DNA of 55,143 nucleotides. It comes from Deltaproteobacteria bacterium (GTDB taxonomy: Bacteria > Myxococcota > Myxococcia > Myxococcales > UBA5297). How positions within the stretch are numbered: the stretch's first letter is position 1; every line of letters begins with the position of its first letter. Location of the stretch: positions 1 through 55,143 of the forward strand of contig JACRCT010000256.1 in assembly GCA_016218885.1 (NCBI GenBank), in the 5' to 3' direction. The notes beneath the pieces are model-generated. The model saw only the letters and a list, made by a program, of their open reading frames with translations, was not told the origin of the DNA and searched no databases. Shown here in pieces: positions 8,236 through 16,260 of this stretch. The translations under genes and the position numbers were made by a program.

Positions 8236-8916
8236 TCAGCTCACCCAGGGTCCGGCCCCCCTCACGACATCGGGATGATGGATCTGCAGCCAGGTCATGC
8301 GGTACGCGAAGATTGCCATCCCGTCGGCCTGGGCGCGCGGATAGGCGGTCCAGGCGAAGCGCAGCATCGCATGGCTCACCTCCTCGAGGTGGCGCTGATT
8401 GCCTCCACCTTCCTGCGCCGCCGTGAGGAACCGCTGGCGACTCTCCTCCCCCCGCGCCCCGCCCCGCAGCATCTGCCGGCGCCACGCCTCGGCCTGATCG
8501 CGCGAGACCCCCGCGATGATGCCCAGGCAGCGGGCGACCTGGGCGGCGTAGATGGCGAAACCCATGGTCTCGACGAGCGAGTCGTCCACCAGCGGGTGAA
8601 GGGACGGCACTTGGCGGCTACGCCTGCGCTGCAGGTACTCGGTGGCCAGCCCGAGCTCCACGGGTGCCGGGCGGTAGAGCGCCAACGCCGCCGCAAGTTC
8701 GGTCAGGTCTCGGGGCGAAACCTCCTCCACCCATCTGGCCGCATAGGCGCTGAGGAACGGGATGCTCGCCGCCGAGCCGGACGAGATTCCCGAGAAGACT
8801 TCGGGCTCACCGGTGGGCAGGCGGCCCAGGTCGAGGTGGGCCGCCATGGCCGCCTGTTCCAGCCGGCCGTTCATCTCAGCGATAGGGGTGTCGTGCACGG
8901 CCCCCGTTCTCCCCAT
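8236..8916 (-). CDS. DnaE (Pol III alpha) fingers-domain-like fragment, degenerate
   Basis: 226 aa. Collinear with E. coli DnaE as I recall it: ALYRPAPV vs ALFRPGP, GFAIYAAQVARCLGIIAG vs GIILYQEQVMQIAQVLSG, QAEAWRRQM vs ADMLRRAMGKK, AIFAYRMTWLQIHHPDV vs [21 protein letters not shown]. No PHP or palm domain present. Confidence 0.55.
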   Translation of the reverse strand: MGRTGAVHDTPIAEMNGRLEQAAMAAHLDLGRLPTGEPEVFSGISSGSAASIPFLSAYAARWVEEVSPRDLTELAAALALYRPAPVELGLATEYLQRRRSRQVPSLHPLVDDSLVETMGFAIYAAQVARCLGIIAGVSRDQAEAWRRQMLRGGARGEESRQRFLTAAQEGGGNQRHLEEVSHAMLRFAWTAYPRAQADGMAIFAYRMTWLQIHHPDVVRGAGPWVS

Positions 8917-9000
8917 CGAACGGACACAGCCGCGTGCGCCTGCCAGCCAGCCTTGTCCGTCGTCTCGCTAGCCTACATCCACCCACACTGGAGGCTGGCC

Positions 9001-9501
9001 ATGCTGATGACCGATTCGAGGGGCAGGACGTACCGGTGGGACGACCGCCTCACCGAGGCGCTCCGAGAGGTTGAGCGGCAGCTCGCCGAGCGCGAAGGCC
9101 GGCGACCGAGGCGGGATGGGCTCCTCCTCATCGACACGCGGGCACACCCGGACCTTGCTGCCGCCAAGGAGCGCGCGTTCGACGAGGCGGCCGAGCGCTA
9201 CCGGAGCCGGCCACCTCTCCAGGTCAAGACCGGCGACTGGGTGCGGATCGGCGGCTATCGCTTCCGCATCGGCAATGTGAGCGAGAAGAGCGGCCTCGTC
9301 GAGACCGAGCGGGTCGGGCGCGACGGGGCCGTCGTCTCGTCGGTGCCGGCGGACGGGGCCGGACTGGTGTCCGACCCGAGCACGGAGCCCGAGCCGGCAG
9401 ACGGGCTGCGGCCGCCCTACGACATCAAGGAGGCCCACACTCGGGCGCGCTTCTTCCTGAAGGCCCACGAGCGGGCGCTCGGGGACCGCTGGATCGACTG
9501 A
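9001..9501 (+). CDS. hypothetical protein
   Basis: ATG 9001 preceded by GGAGG. 166 aa, the C-terminal part of track ORF 8275..9501. Divergent from the 8916 operon. No motif recognised. Confidence 0.5.
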   Translation: MLMTDSRGRTYRWDDRLTEALREVERQLAEREGRRPRRDGLLLIDTRAHPDLAAAKERAFDEAAERYRSRPPLQVKTGDWVRIGGYRFRIGNVSEKSGLVETERVGRDGAVVSSVPADGAGLVSDPSTEPEPADGLRPPYDIKEAHTRARFFLKAHERALGDRWID

Positions 9502-9548
9502 CGGCGAGCCGCCTTGATGCTGTCGGAGGCAGGGCGCATACTGCTCTC

Positions 9549-9731
9549 ATGTTCAGTCATTCCTCCGACTTCACCGAACTACCTCTCCGCCCTCACTCCC
9601 TGCTCCGGCTCGGCGGCCCCGTCCAACTGCGCGAGGTCATCGCTCAGGTCCTGGCCCGTCAGGCCAGCGTGGACCTGCCCGCGGCGAACCCTGTCGACGA
9701 GCCGCCACCCGAGCTCCCGCGGGCGGCCTGA
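9549..9731 (+). CDS. small hypothetical protein
   Basis: 60-aa ORF. Its stop lies 2 nt before the next start (tga cc ATG). Confidence 0.3.
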   Translation: MFSHSSDFTELPLRPHSLLRLGGPVQLREVIAQVLARQASVDLPAANPVDEPPPELPRAA

Positions 9732-9733
9732 CC

Positions 9734-9961
9734 ATGGCCGAACAGCACTCGCTCGACGCGGCGACCCTCCGCCACGTCGCCAAGCTGCTCGAGGACCGGC
9801 TCCAGGCGGTGGTCACCTACGGCGCCGGCGGGTGCCCTACCTGCCACGACGCAGAGCTCCGCGGCGCCATCGCGACCATCAAGAGGCTCGCGGAGCCAAC
9901 TGCCCTGGAGGACCAAGCGACCAGGGCCGTCGCGGGCCAGCGGCGCGGCAAACGGCGTTAG
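9734..9961 (+). CDS. small hypothetical protein (CxxC-containing)
   Basis: 75-aa ORF, helical, with a GGCPTCHD motif. Tightly follows 9549..9731. Confidence 0.4.
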   Translation: MAEQHSLDAATLRHVAKLLEDRLQAVVTYGAGGCPTCHDAELRGAIATIKRLAEPTALEDQATRAVAGQRRGKRR

Positions 9962-10211
9962 CCGCTGGGAAGCTGCGCCCTGGCCCCCGCGATCCGGGCT
10001 CCCAGCTTGAGCGGGTGGTCCCCTTTCAGTTGATACGGCATCACCTGGAACAGGCAGTGGTCGTTGGCTGCCTGAAGGGCCTGGCCGCTCGCAAGGACGG
10101 CGCTTGGCCGGCCACCTGCCACTACCAGCGCCGGCGGCCCGCCTGATCGGGGCCACGCTACGACTCTTGTCGACTCTAGTCTGGTCTTGTTGGCAGGGGT
10201 TTGCTCAGATA

Positions 10212-10231
10212 CCCTGCACCGTTGTGCAGGG
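10212..10231. promoter_or_regulatory. 8-bp-arm palindrome overlapping the RBS of the HTH gene
   Basis: ccctgcac-cgtt-gtgcaggg read directly. Outer arms ttgct (10201-05) / agcaa (10232-36). The right arm contains the GGGAG 9-13 nt upstream of ATG 10242. Confidence 0.5.
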
Positions 10232-10241
10232 AGCAAGATCG

Positions 10242-10445
10242 ATGACAGCCGAGCCATGGGTGTCCGTTGCAGGAGTTGCCAAGCACCTCGGCGTTGCCAA
10301 GGACTCTGTCTATCGCTGGATTGAGTCGCGCCACCTCCCGGCGCACAAGATCGGCCGCCTTTGGAAATTCAAACTCACCGAGGTTGACGAGTGGGTCCGC
10401 ACCGGGGGCGCCGACACGCTCGACGAGAAGGGGCGAGCTCAGTGA
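10242..10445 (+). CDS. excisionase-family (MerR-like winged) HTH DNA-binding protein
   Basis: 67 aa. WVSVAGVAKHLGVAKDSVYRWIESRHLPAHKIGRLWKFKLTEVDEWV is the classic excisionase/AlpA-type HTH signature. Confidence 0.8.
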   Translation: MTAEPWVSVAGVAKHLGVAKDSVYRWIESRHLPAHKIGRLWKFKLTEVDEWVRTGGADTLDEKGRAQ

Positions 10446-10571
10446 GCACTCCCATGCACGCCACATTCCTTGGGCGCGAAGTGAGCCGGTCCATGACGAC
10501 ATTCTTGCGATCCAGAGCCGCTCCCCATTTCAGTCAACGAGCATGCTGTACGTCCTGCCAGGAGGATAAAC

Positions 10572-11567
10572 ATGGCTCGTGCTGACCTGTTGCTGGATAT
10601 TGTTCGGGCTGGAGCCGAGGGACACCAGGAGCTGTTTCGCAAGACGCTGGAGGCGATGATTGCCGAAGAGAGAGGCAAGCAACACAACCTACTCGCCGAC
10701 CAACTCGCAGCTCACCTTCGGATCAACGGAAGCACCGCACGCCCCACGCGCACCCTGACCGAGCCGATCGGAGATCGGTCCGCGTTTGCCGAGGTGCGAC
10801 CGCGCCGCGACTTGGCGAGCCTCGTACTGCCGACAGTGGTTCGAGAGGCATGCCTCGAACTGGTGGAAGAACACCACCGAGCCGACCTTCTTCGCTCGCA
10901 CGGTCTTGAACCGCGCCACCGGGTTCTCCTGAGTGGCCCCCCCGGCAACGGGAAGACGACGCTCGCCGAAGCGGTTGCGTTCGAATTGGCGGTACCCCTA
11001 TTTGTCGTCCGCTACGAAAGCATTATCGGGAGCTATCTCGGCGAAACCGCGGTGCGGCTGGCCAAGCTCTTTGCCCAGGTACGAACGGAGCGTTGCGTAC
11101 TCTTCTTTGACGAGTTCGATGTAGTCGGCAAGGAGCGGGGCGACGTCCATGAGACTGGCGAGATCAAGCGAGTCGTCAGCTCCCTGCTCTTGCAGGTGGA
11201 CCAGTTGCCTTCTCACGTCGTCGTGATTGCCGCAACGAACCACAGCGAGCTTCTGGACCGTGCAGCTTGGCGCCGGTTTCAGGTGCGGCTGCCGCTACCG
11301 ATACCGACCAAGGAGCAGCGCGTCGAGTGGCTTCGCCAGTTCGAGTCTCGAACGGGCCTCTCGCTTGGACACTCACACGCGAAGCTCGCGAAGTCCCTTG
11401 GCTCCATCAGCTTCGCCGAACTTGAGCTCTTCGCGCTCGACGTTCAGCGCCGCTACGTTCTCGCGCTCCCCGAAGGGGATGTGCTGGCCATCGTGAATCG
11501 CCGACTCCAGCAGTGGAATGCGCGGGTGAAGCCGAAGGCCCCGACCTCGAGGAGGCGCAATGGCTGA
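10572..11567 (+). CDS. ietA: AAA+ ATPase, IetA-like
   Basis: AGGAGGA RBS. Walker A SGPPGNGKTTLA, Walker B VLFFDEFD, sensor-1 VIAATNH. 8-nt overlap with the following S8 peptidase gene. Confidence 0.75.
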   Translation: MARADLLLDIVRAGAEGHQELFRKTLEAMIAEERGKQHNLLADQLAAHLRINGSTARPTRTLTEPIGDRSAFAEVRPRRDLASLVLPTVVREACLELVEEHHRADLLRSHGLEPRHRVLLSGPPGNGKTTLAEAVAFELAVPLFVVRYESIIGSYLGETAVRLAKLFAQVRTERCVLFFDEFDVVGKERGDVHETGEIKRVVSSLLLQVDQLPSHVVVIAATNHSELLDRAAWRRFQVRLPLPIPTKEQRVEWLRQFESRTGLSLGHSHAKLAKSLGSISFAELELFALDVQRRYVLALPEGDVLAIVNRRLQQWNARVKPKAPTSRRRNG

Positions 11568-14142
11568 ACGACCGCTCCTGCTTCTGCCCGAGGCCATTGC
11601 CGCAAGCCGGGCCAACAAAGGTGGCGGTGGTGGAGGTCCGGGGAAGGTCGGCCCAGGTCGCCAACAGGAGCGTCTTGGACCCCGCCTAAACGAACTTGAG
11701 AATGCGCTGGAGAGGAGGCGCGTTCAGCTCCAAGCGGCAGCCTCGGGCATTGTTCCTGAAGATGTGCTGGTTCTGGAGACCGCAGGAACAGTGGAGGAGT
11801 TCGTCAAGGCGGTGAGCCGCATCGAGGGGTTCGAGTTCCTCGTGGAGTACGACGAGCAGGACATTCCGCCCGACGAGGACTTCTTCACCGACAAGAAGGG
11901 CGCACACATTGCGTACACCGGGCGCGTTTACATGGTGTTCGCCAACCAGGACGCCTTTCGGCAACTGCAGCGTCTGTGGAAGCTCTTTCAGAACGGTGAG
12001 GATTTCGAGCGTGGTCTCACAAAGTGGCGCGATGTCTTCGCGCTCCTTCGTGACATCCGCACGTGGAGCGTGAAGGACCGCCTCGAGGAAACTGGCGTCC
12101 TGACGGACTGGGCCGAGCGCGTTCAGTTCGGTGCCGAGAACGTGCACTGCGAGATCGAACTCTGGTTCCGCTCGAACGACCAGCGACGCCAAGAGGCATC
12201 GCAGGTGGTTCGCGCGCGCGTGCAGGAACTCGGCGGAGCAGTTCTCGCCGAAGGCATTGTTCCCGGCATCCACTATCATGGACTCGCCGTGCAGCTCCCG
12301 ATTCAAGCCGTGCAACAAGTCCTGAACACGCACACGCGTGACCAGGTCCAACTCCTCCAGAGCGAGCAAGTTCAGTTCTTCCGCGCTGCGGGGCAGATGG
12401 CGGTTCGAACCCCGGGGGATCGAGTCCCATCAACGACCGCATTCACCGGCCCTCGACCTGCCGGCCCGGCGCGCGTCGCGCTGCTTGATGGCCTTCCACT
12501 CCAGAACCATGCGGCGCTGACGAACCGCCTGATCGTCGATGACCCCGACAATTTCGAAGCCAACTACCGTGCCGACGCTCGCGCCCACGGAACAGGCATG
12601 GCCTCGCTCATCGTCTGGGGCGACCTCAACGCCTCTGACCCGCTGCCGATTCCACAGCCGCTGTATGTGCGGCCCATCATGCAACCGGTCTTCCCTCCGT
12701 CGTGGGCGAATCAAGAGCCATTCGAGTGCGTGCCCGAGGGGACGCTCGTCGTCGATCTCGTTCACCGGTCGGTTCGTCGGCTGTACGAAGCGGAGGGGAA
12801 TGCCGCTCCGGCGGCGCCCGAGATCAGCCTCGTAAACTTCTCAATCGGGATCCGCGACCGGCCATTCTCTAACACGCTGAGCCCTCTCGCGCGGCTACTC
12901 GACTGGTTGTCATGGAACCATAGGGTCCTGTTCCTCGTGAGCGCCGGCAACCATCTGCACGAAGTCGACACTGGCAAGCCGTGGTCCGAAGTGCAGGCTC
13001 TTGCGCCCACAGAACTTTCGGCCGTGATCCTTCAGTCGTTGGCAGCGGACACCCGGAATCGTCGAGCACTCTCACCCGCTGAATCGATGAATGCCCTCAC
13101 CGTGGGCGCCCTCCACGCCGATTCCGACACCGCGAGTCACGCGACAACCCGACTAGACCCCATGCTCGTGGGTTACCCGAGTCCGCTCAATGCTCACGGC
13201 CTCGGCTACCGTAGGTCAGTCAAACCCGACCTCCTCGTGCCCGGAGGGCGTCTCCAATTCGATCGCCCTATTCAGGATCAGCAGACGCGGCTTCGACCCG
13301 TTCGCGTCGAAACGTCGCCTGGCGTCAAGGTGGCGGCGCCCGGCCCCCTCGCCGGCGACGTCACACACACGGTCAAGTCCAGAGGCACCAGCAACGCAAC
13401 GGCGCGCCTAAGCCGCATGGGCGCGTTCTTGGCCCCCGTCCTCACCGAGATCAGGCAAGGCGCGGGCGGCAACGCGCTGGCGGTGGTTCCTGATGCGGTA
13501 GTCCTAAAGGCGCTGCTCGCCCATGGTGCCCGCTGGGGCGACCTGGGCCCTGCGCTCCACGGCCACTTTGAGACGATTGAGAACGCCGACAAGCGCACGG
13601 AGCAGGTCACGCGGCTGTTGGGCTTCGGGCGACTTGAGGTCGACGATGTTGCTGAGTGCTCGCCCACTCGTGTCACCGGGATCGGAGGCGGAACGCTGGC
13701 CGCCGACGGTGGTGCTGAGCACCGCTTCCCGCTGCCACCGTCCCTGAGCGGCAAGCGCGGTTGGCGACGGCTCACCGTTACGCTTGCCTGGTTCACACCG
13801 GTGAATCCACTCAGCCACAAGTGGCGCAAGGCGCAACTCTGGTTCGAAACGCCGAGGTCGAAGCTCAAGGTGAACCGCGTCGGACCCGACTGGCAGACAG
13901 CGCAAAGAGGAACGCTCCAGCATGAAGCATTCGAGGGCGAGGCGGCTGCAGCGTTCGTGGACGGAGATGATATCGTGGTTCGCGTGAGTTGCCGCGAAGA
14001 TGCTCCGGGCCTCGAGGGCTCGGTGCCTTATGCAGTCGCGGTTTCGCTCGAAGTCGCCCAGGACATTGGCGTCGACATCTACACGGAGGTCCGCGAGCGA
14101 GTGAGTCAGCGCCTGCAAGTTCAAGCTGGCGCCGCGCCCTAG
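11560..14142 (+). CDS. ietS: S8 (subtilisin-like) serine peptidase, IetS-like
   Basis: 860 aa. Catalytic triad contexts VALLDGLP (Asp), AHGTGMASL (His), VSAGN (oxyanion Asn), SRGTSNATA (Ser). Confidence 0.8.
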   Translation: MAERPLLLLPEAIAASRANKGGGGGGPGKVGPGRQQERLGPRLNELENALERRRVQLQAAASGIVPEDVLVLETAGTVEEFVKAVSRIEGFEFLVEYDEQDIPPDEDFFTDKKGAHIAYTGRVYMVFANQDAFRQLQRLWKLFQNGEDFERGLTKWRDVFALLRDIRTWSVKDRLEETGVLTDWAERVQFGAENVHCEIELWFRSNDQRRQEASQVVRARVQELGGAVLAEGIVPGIHYHGLAVQLPIQAVQQVLNTHTRDQVQLLQSEQVQFFRAAGQMAVRTPGDRVPSTTAFTGPRPAGPARVALLDGLPLQNHAALTNRLIVDDPDNFEANYRADARAHGTGMASLIVWGDLNASDPLPIPQPLYVRPIMQPVFPPSWANQEPFECVPEGTLVVDLVHRSVRRLYEAEGNAAPAAPEISLVNFSIGIRDRPFSNTLSPLARLLDWLSWNHRVLFLVSAGNHLHEVDTGKPWSEVQALAPTELSAVILQSLAADTRNRRALSPAESMNALTVGALHADSDTASHATTRLDPMLVGYPSPLNAHGLGYRRSVKPDLLVPGGRLQFDRPIQDQQTRLRPVRVETSPGVKVAAPGPLAGDVTHTVKSRGTSNATARLSRMGAFLAPVLTEIRQGAGGNALAVVPDAVVLKALLAHGARWGDLGPALHGHFETIENADKRTEQVTRLLGFGRLEVDDVAECSPTRVTGIGGGTLAADGGAEHRFPLPPSLSGKRGWRRLTVTLAWFTPVNPLSHKWRKAQLWFETPRSKLKVNRVGPDWQTAQRGTLQHEAFEGEAAAAFVDGDDIVVRVSCREDAPGLEGSVPYAVAVSLEVAQDIGVDIYTEVRERVSQRLQVQAGAAP

Positions 14143-14148
14143 CGGTTT

Positions 14149-16257
14149 TCACACCCCGACGGACAGCACGAACCGCCGCGCCGCACCAACGTCCAGCAGG
14201 TAACTCCCCGTCATCTCCAGCGCGAACGCCTCCGGCAGCGCGTCCTGGAACTTGCTGAGGCGGTACGCCGGCAGCCTCGCCAGGAGGGCCTGGCGGGTCT
14301 CTGGCTTCTCCCAGAACACCGCGCGGGCCATTTCCTCCACGGCCGCCCGCACGGCACCGTCGGACACGCCGGGCCCCGACATCCGCAGCGCGAAGTTGTC
14401 CGCCACGACCTTCCAGCCCTGGCTCACCTCGAGCGCGTACTTGAGCGTGTGGTTGATCTTGCCGCCGGCAAAGGTCCACCAGCGCAGCACGCCGACGTCG
14501 TCCTGGAGTGAGAGCGGGCGTCTCAGGGTATCGGCGAGCTCCTCACGGCGGGCCTGGAGAGCATGCAGGCCGGCTGCGTCCACGTAGGGGATCACGTCCT
14601 CGTCGGTGAGGACCTTCTTCATGCGCTGACAAAGCTCGAACCCGAGGAGCGCGGGAACGAACCCGCCCCAGGAAGGCTTCTGTCCGCGCGGAGCCTCGCG
14701 CACTTGGACCACTTTGTCCGCGTGATTCACATGCTCCACGAGCCAGCCCCGACCGGCCAGCAGGAAGGCGCTCATGTCCTCGACGAGCCGGTCGACGAAC
14801 CCCTGCTCGAGCGATCCGAGCTCCCTGCCTGCGGCCGTCTGGACTCGATAGAGGACGGGGCTCGAGAACACGGCGTACAGCTCCATGAAGTTGCGTCGCC
14901 CGAAGACGCGCTCGGCCCGCGTCCCGATGGAGAGGAGGCCCCCCGACTCGAAGAGGAACTCGGTCCGGATCATGTGGGCGACCATCCGGTCGAACTCGGC
15001 TCGCTCGATGCCGCCGAAGTCCGGGACCAGGTGGAGCTGCTCCCAGCAGCGCTCCGCGCTGACGGCGCCGAACTGCAGGGTGAGGGCGAAGAGCTGGTGG
15101 ACCATGACCGGCCAGCAGCGTCCGCTCACGTGCACTGCCTCCACCCACCCGGAGCGGGCAAGCTCGACCAGAGCTACTGCCTGGAGTAGCGCCTCCTCGT
15201 CCTCGCAGAGGAAGGCGGTGTTGGCGACCTGTCCTGCACGCCGGCCGGTCCGACCCATTCGCTGCATGAAGGAGGTGACGGTTGAAGGGGCGTTGGCCTG
15301 GAAGACCAGGTCGAGGTCGCCGACATCGATTCCGAGCTCCAGCGTGGACGTGCAGACGATGCAGGTGTTGGACCCGCTCGCGAACTGGGCCTCGGCGGCG
15401 TACCGCTCTTCCTTGGACACGCTGCCGTGGTGGACGAAGACCTCGGTCCCCTGGCCGCGCATCCGCTCGGCCACGCTCTCGGTGAGCGCCCGGCTCTGGC
15501 AGAAGAAGAGGCTCTTGTTCCCGGCGGCACGACGGGCGGCTTCGGCGGCCAGGTCGGCCAGGCTCTGGTGCAGGGACACCCGCAGGTCGCGCTTGGCCGG
15601 CACCTTGGGCGGGTCCACCACCACGCCCTCCCGCTTGGACGTCCCCTGCAGCCACTCCAGGATCTGCTCGGGGTTGCCCACGGTGGCGCTCAGGCCGACC
15701 CGCTGGATGTCGTTGGTCGTGCAGCGCCGGAGTCGCTCGAGCACGCTCATCAAGTGGGCGCCGCGCTCGGTGCCGGCCACGGCATGGACCTCGTCGATCA
15801 CCACAATGCGGAGGTCGGCGAAGAGCTTGTCGGCCGGGACCCTGGGCGACAGCAGCATCACCTCCAGCGACTCCGGCGTGGTCATCAGGAGCTCGGCCGG
15901 CTCCCGCACGAACTCCCGCTTGGCGCCGTCGGTCACGTCGCCGTGCCAGACGAACCGGCGCAGGCCCACCATCTCGGTGTACGTGCCGAGCCGGTCCTCC
16001 TGGTTGTTGAGCAACGCCTTGATGGGGGCGATGTAGATGACGCCCACGCCCTCCACGCCCCGCTCGACCAGGTTGGCAAGGGCCGGGAACATCGACGCCT
16101 CGGTCTTGCCGCCGGCGGTCGGTGCCAGGACCACGGCGTTCTTCCCGTCGAGGATGGCCTCGCCGGCCAGCTCCTGGACCGGGCGCAGCGAGGTCCAGCC
16201 GAGCCTGGCCACGATTGCCTGCTGGAGGCGCGGCGGGAAGCGGGAGAAGGCGCTCAC
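14149..16257 (-). CDS. brxHI: Lhr-like DEAD/DEAH-box helicase BrxHI
   Basis: 702 aa. Motif I APTAGGKTEA, motif II VVIDEVH, motif VI QRMGRTGRR. Last gene of the BREX operon. Confidence 0.85.
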   Translation of the reverse strand: MSAFSRFPPRLQQAIVARLGWTSLRPVQELAGEAILDGKNAVVLAPTAGGKTEASMFPALANLVERGVEGVGVIYIAPIKALLNNQEDRLGTYTEMVGLRRFVWHGDVTDGAKREFVREPAELLMTTPESLEVMLLSPRVPADKLFADLRIVVIDEVHAVAGTERGAHLMSVLERLRRCTTNDIQRVGLSATVGNPEQILEWLQGTSKREGVVVDPPKVPAKRDLRVSLHQSLADLAAEAARRAAGNKSLFFCQSRALTESVAERMRGQGTEVFVHHGSVSKEERYAAEAQFASGSNTCIVCTSTLELGIDVGDLDLVFQANAPSTVTSFMQRMGRTGRRAGQVANTAFLCEDEEALLQAVALVELARSGWVEAVHVSGRCWPVMVHQLFALTLQFGAVSAERCWEQLHLVPDFGGIERAEFDRMVAHMIRTEFLFESGGLLSIGTRAERVFGRRNFMELYAVFSSPVLYRVQTAAGRELGSLEQGFVDRLVEDMSAFLLAGRGWLVEHVNHADKVVQVREAPRGQKPSWGGFVPALLGFELCQRMKKVLTDEDVIPYVDAAGLHALQARREELADTLRRPLSLQDDVGVLRWWTFAGGKINHTLKYALEVSQGWKVVADNFALRMSGPGVSDGAVRAAVEEMARAVFWEKPETRQALLARLPAYRLSKFQDALPEAFALEMTGSYLLDVGAARRFVLSVGV

Positions 16258-16260
16258 GCG

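Noticed and set aside
8275-9501. 408-aa plus-strand ORF
   Set aside because: Its first 240 codons or so are antisense to the DnaE-like gene and are low complexity. Only the last 166 aa (ATG 9001 with GGAGG RBS) are kept.
9958-10257. 99-aa minus-strand ORF between the small plus-strand genes and the HTH gene
   Set aside because: It has no RBS and an unconvincing composition, and it overlaps the palindrome/RBS of the HTH gene. The 280-nt region is left as intergenic.
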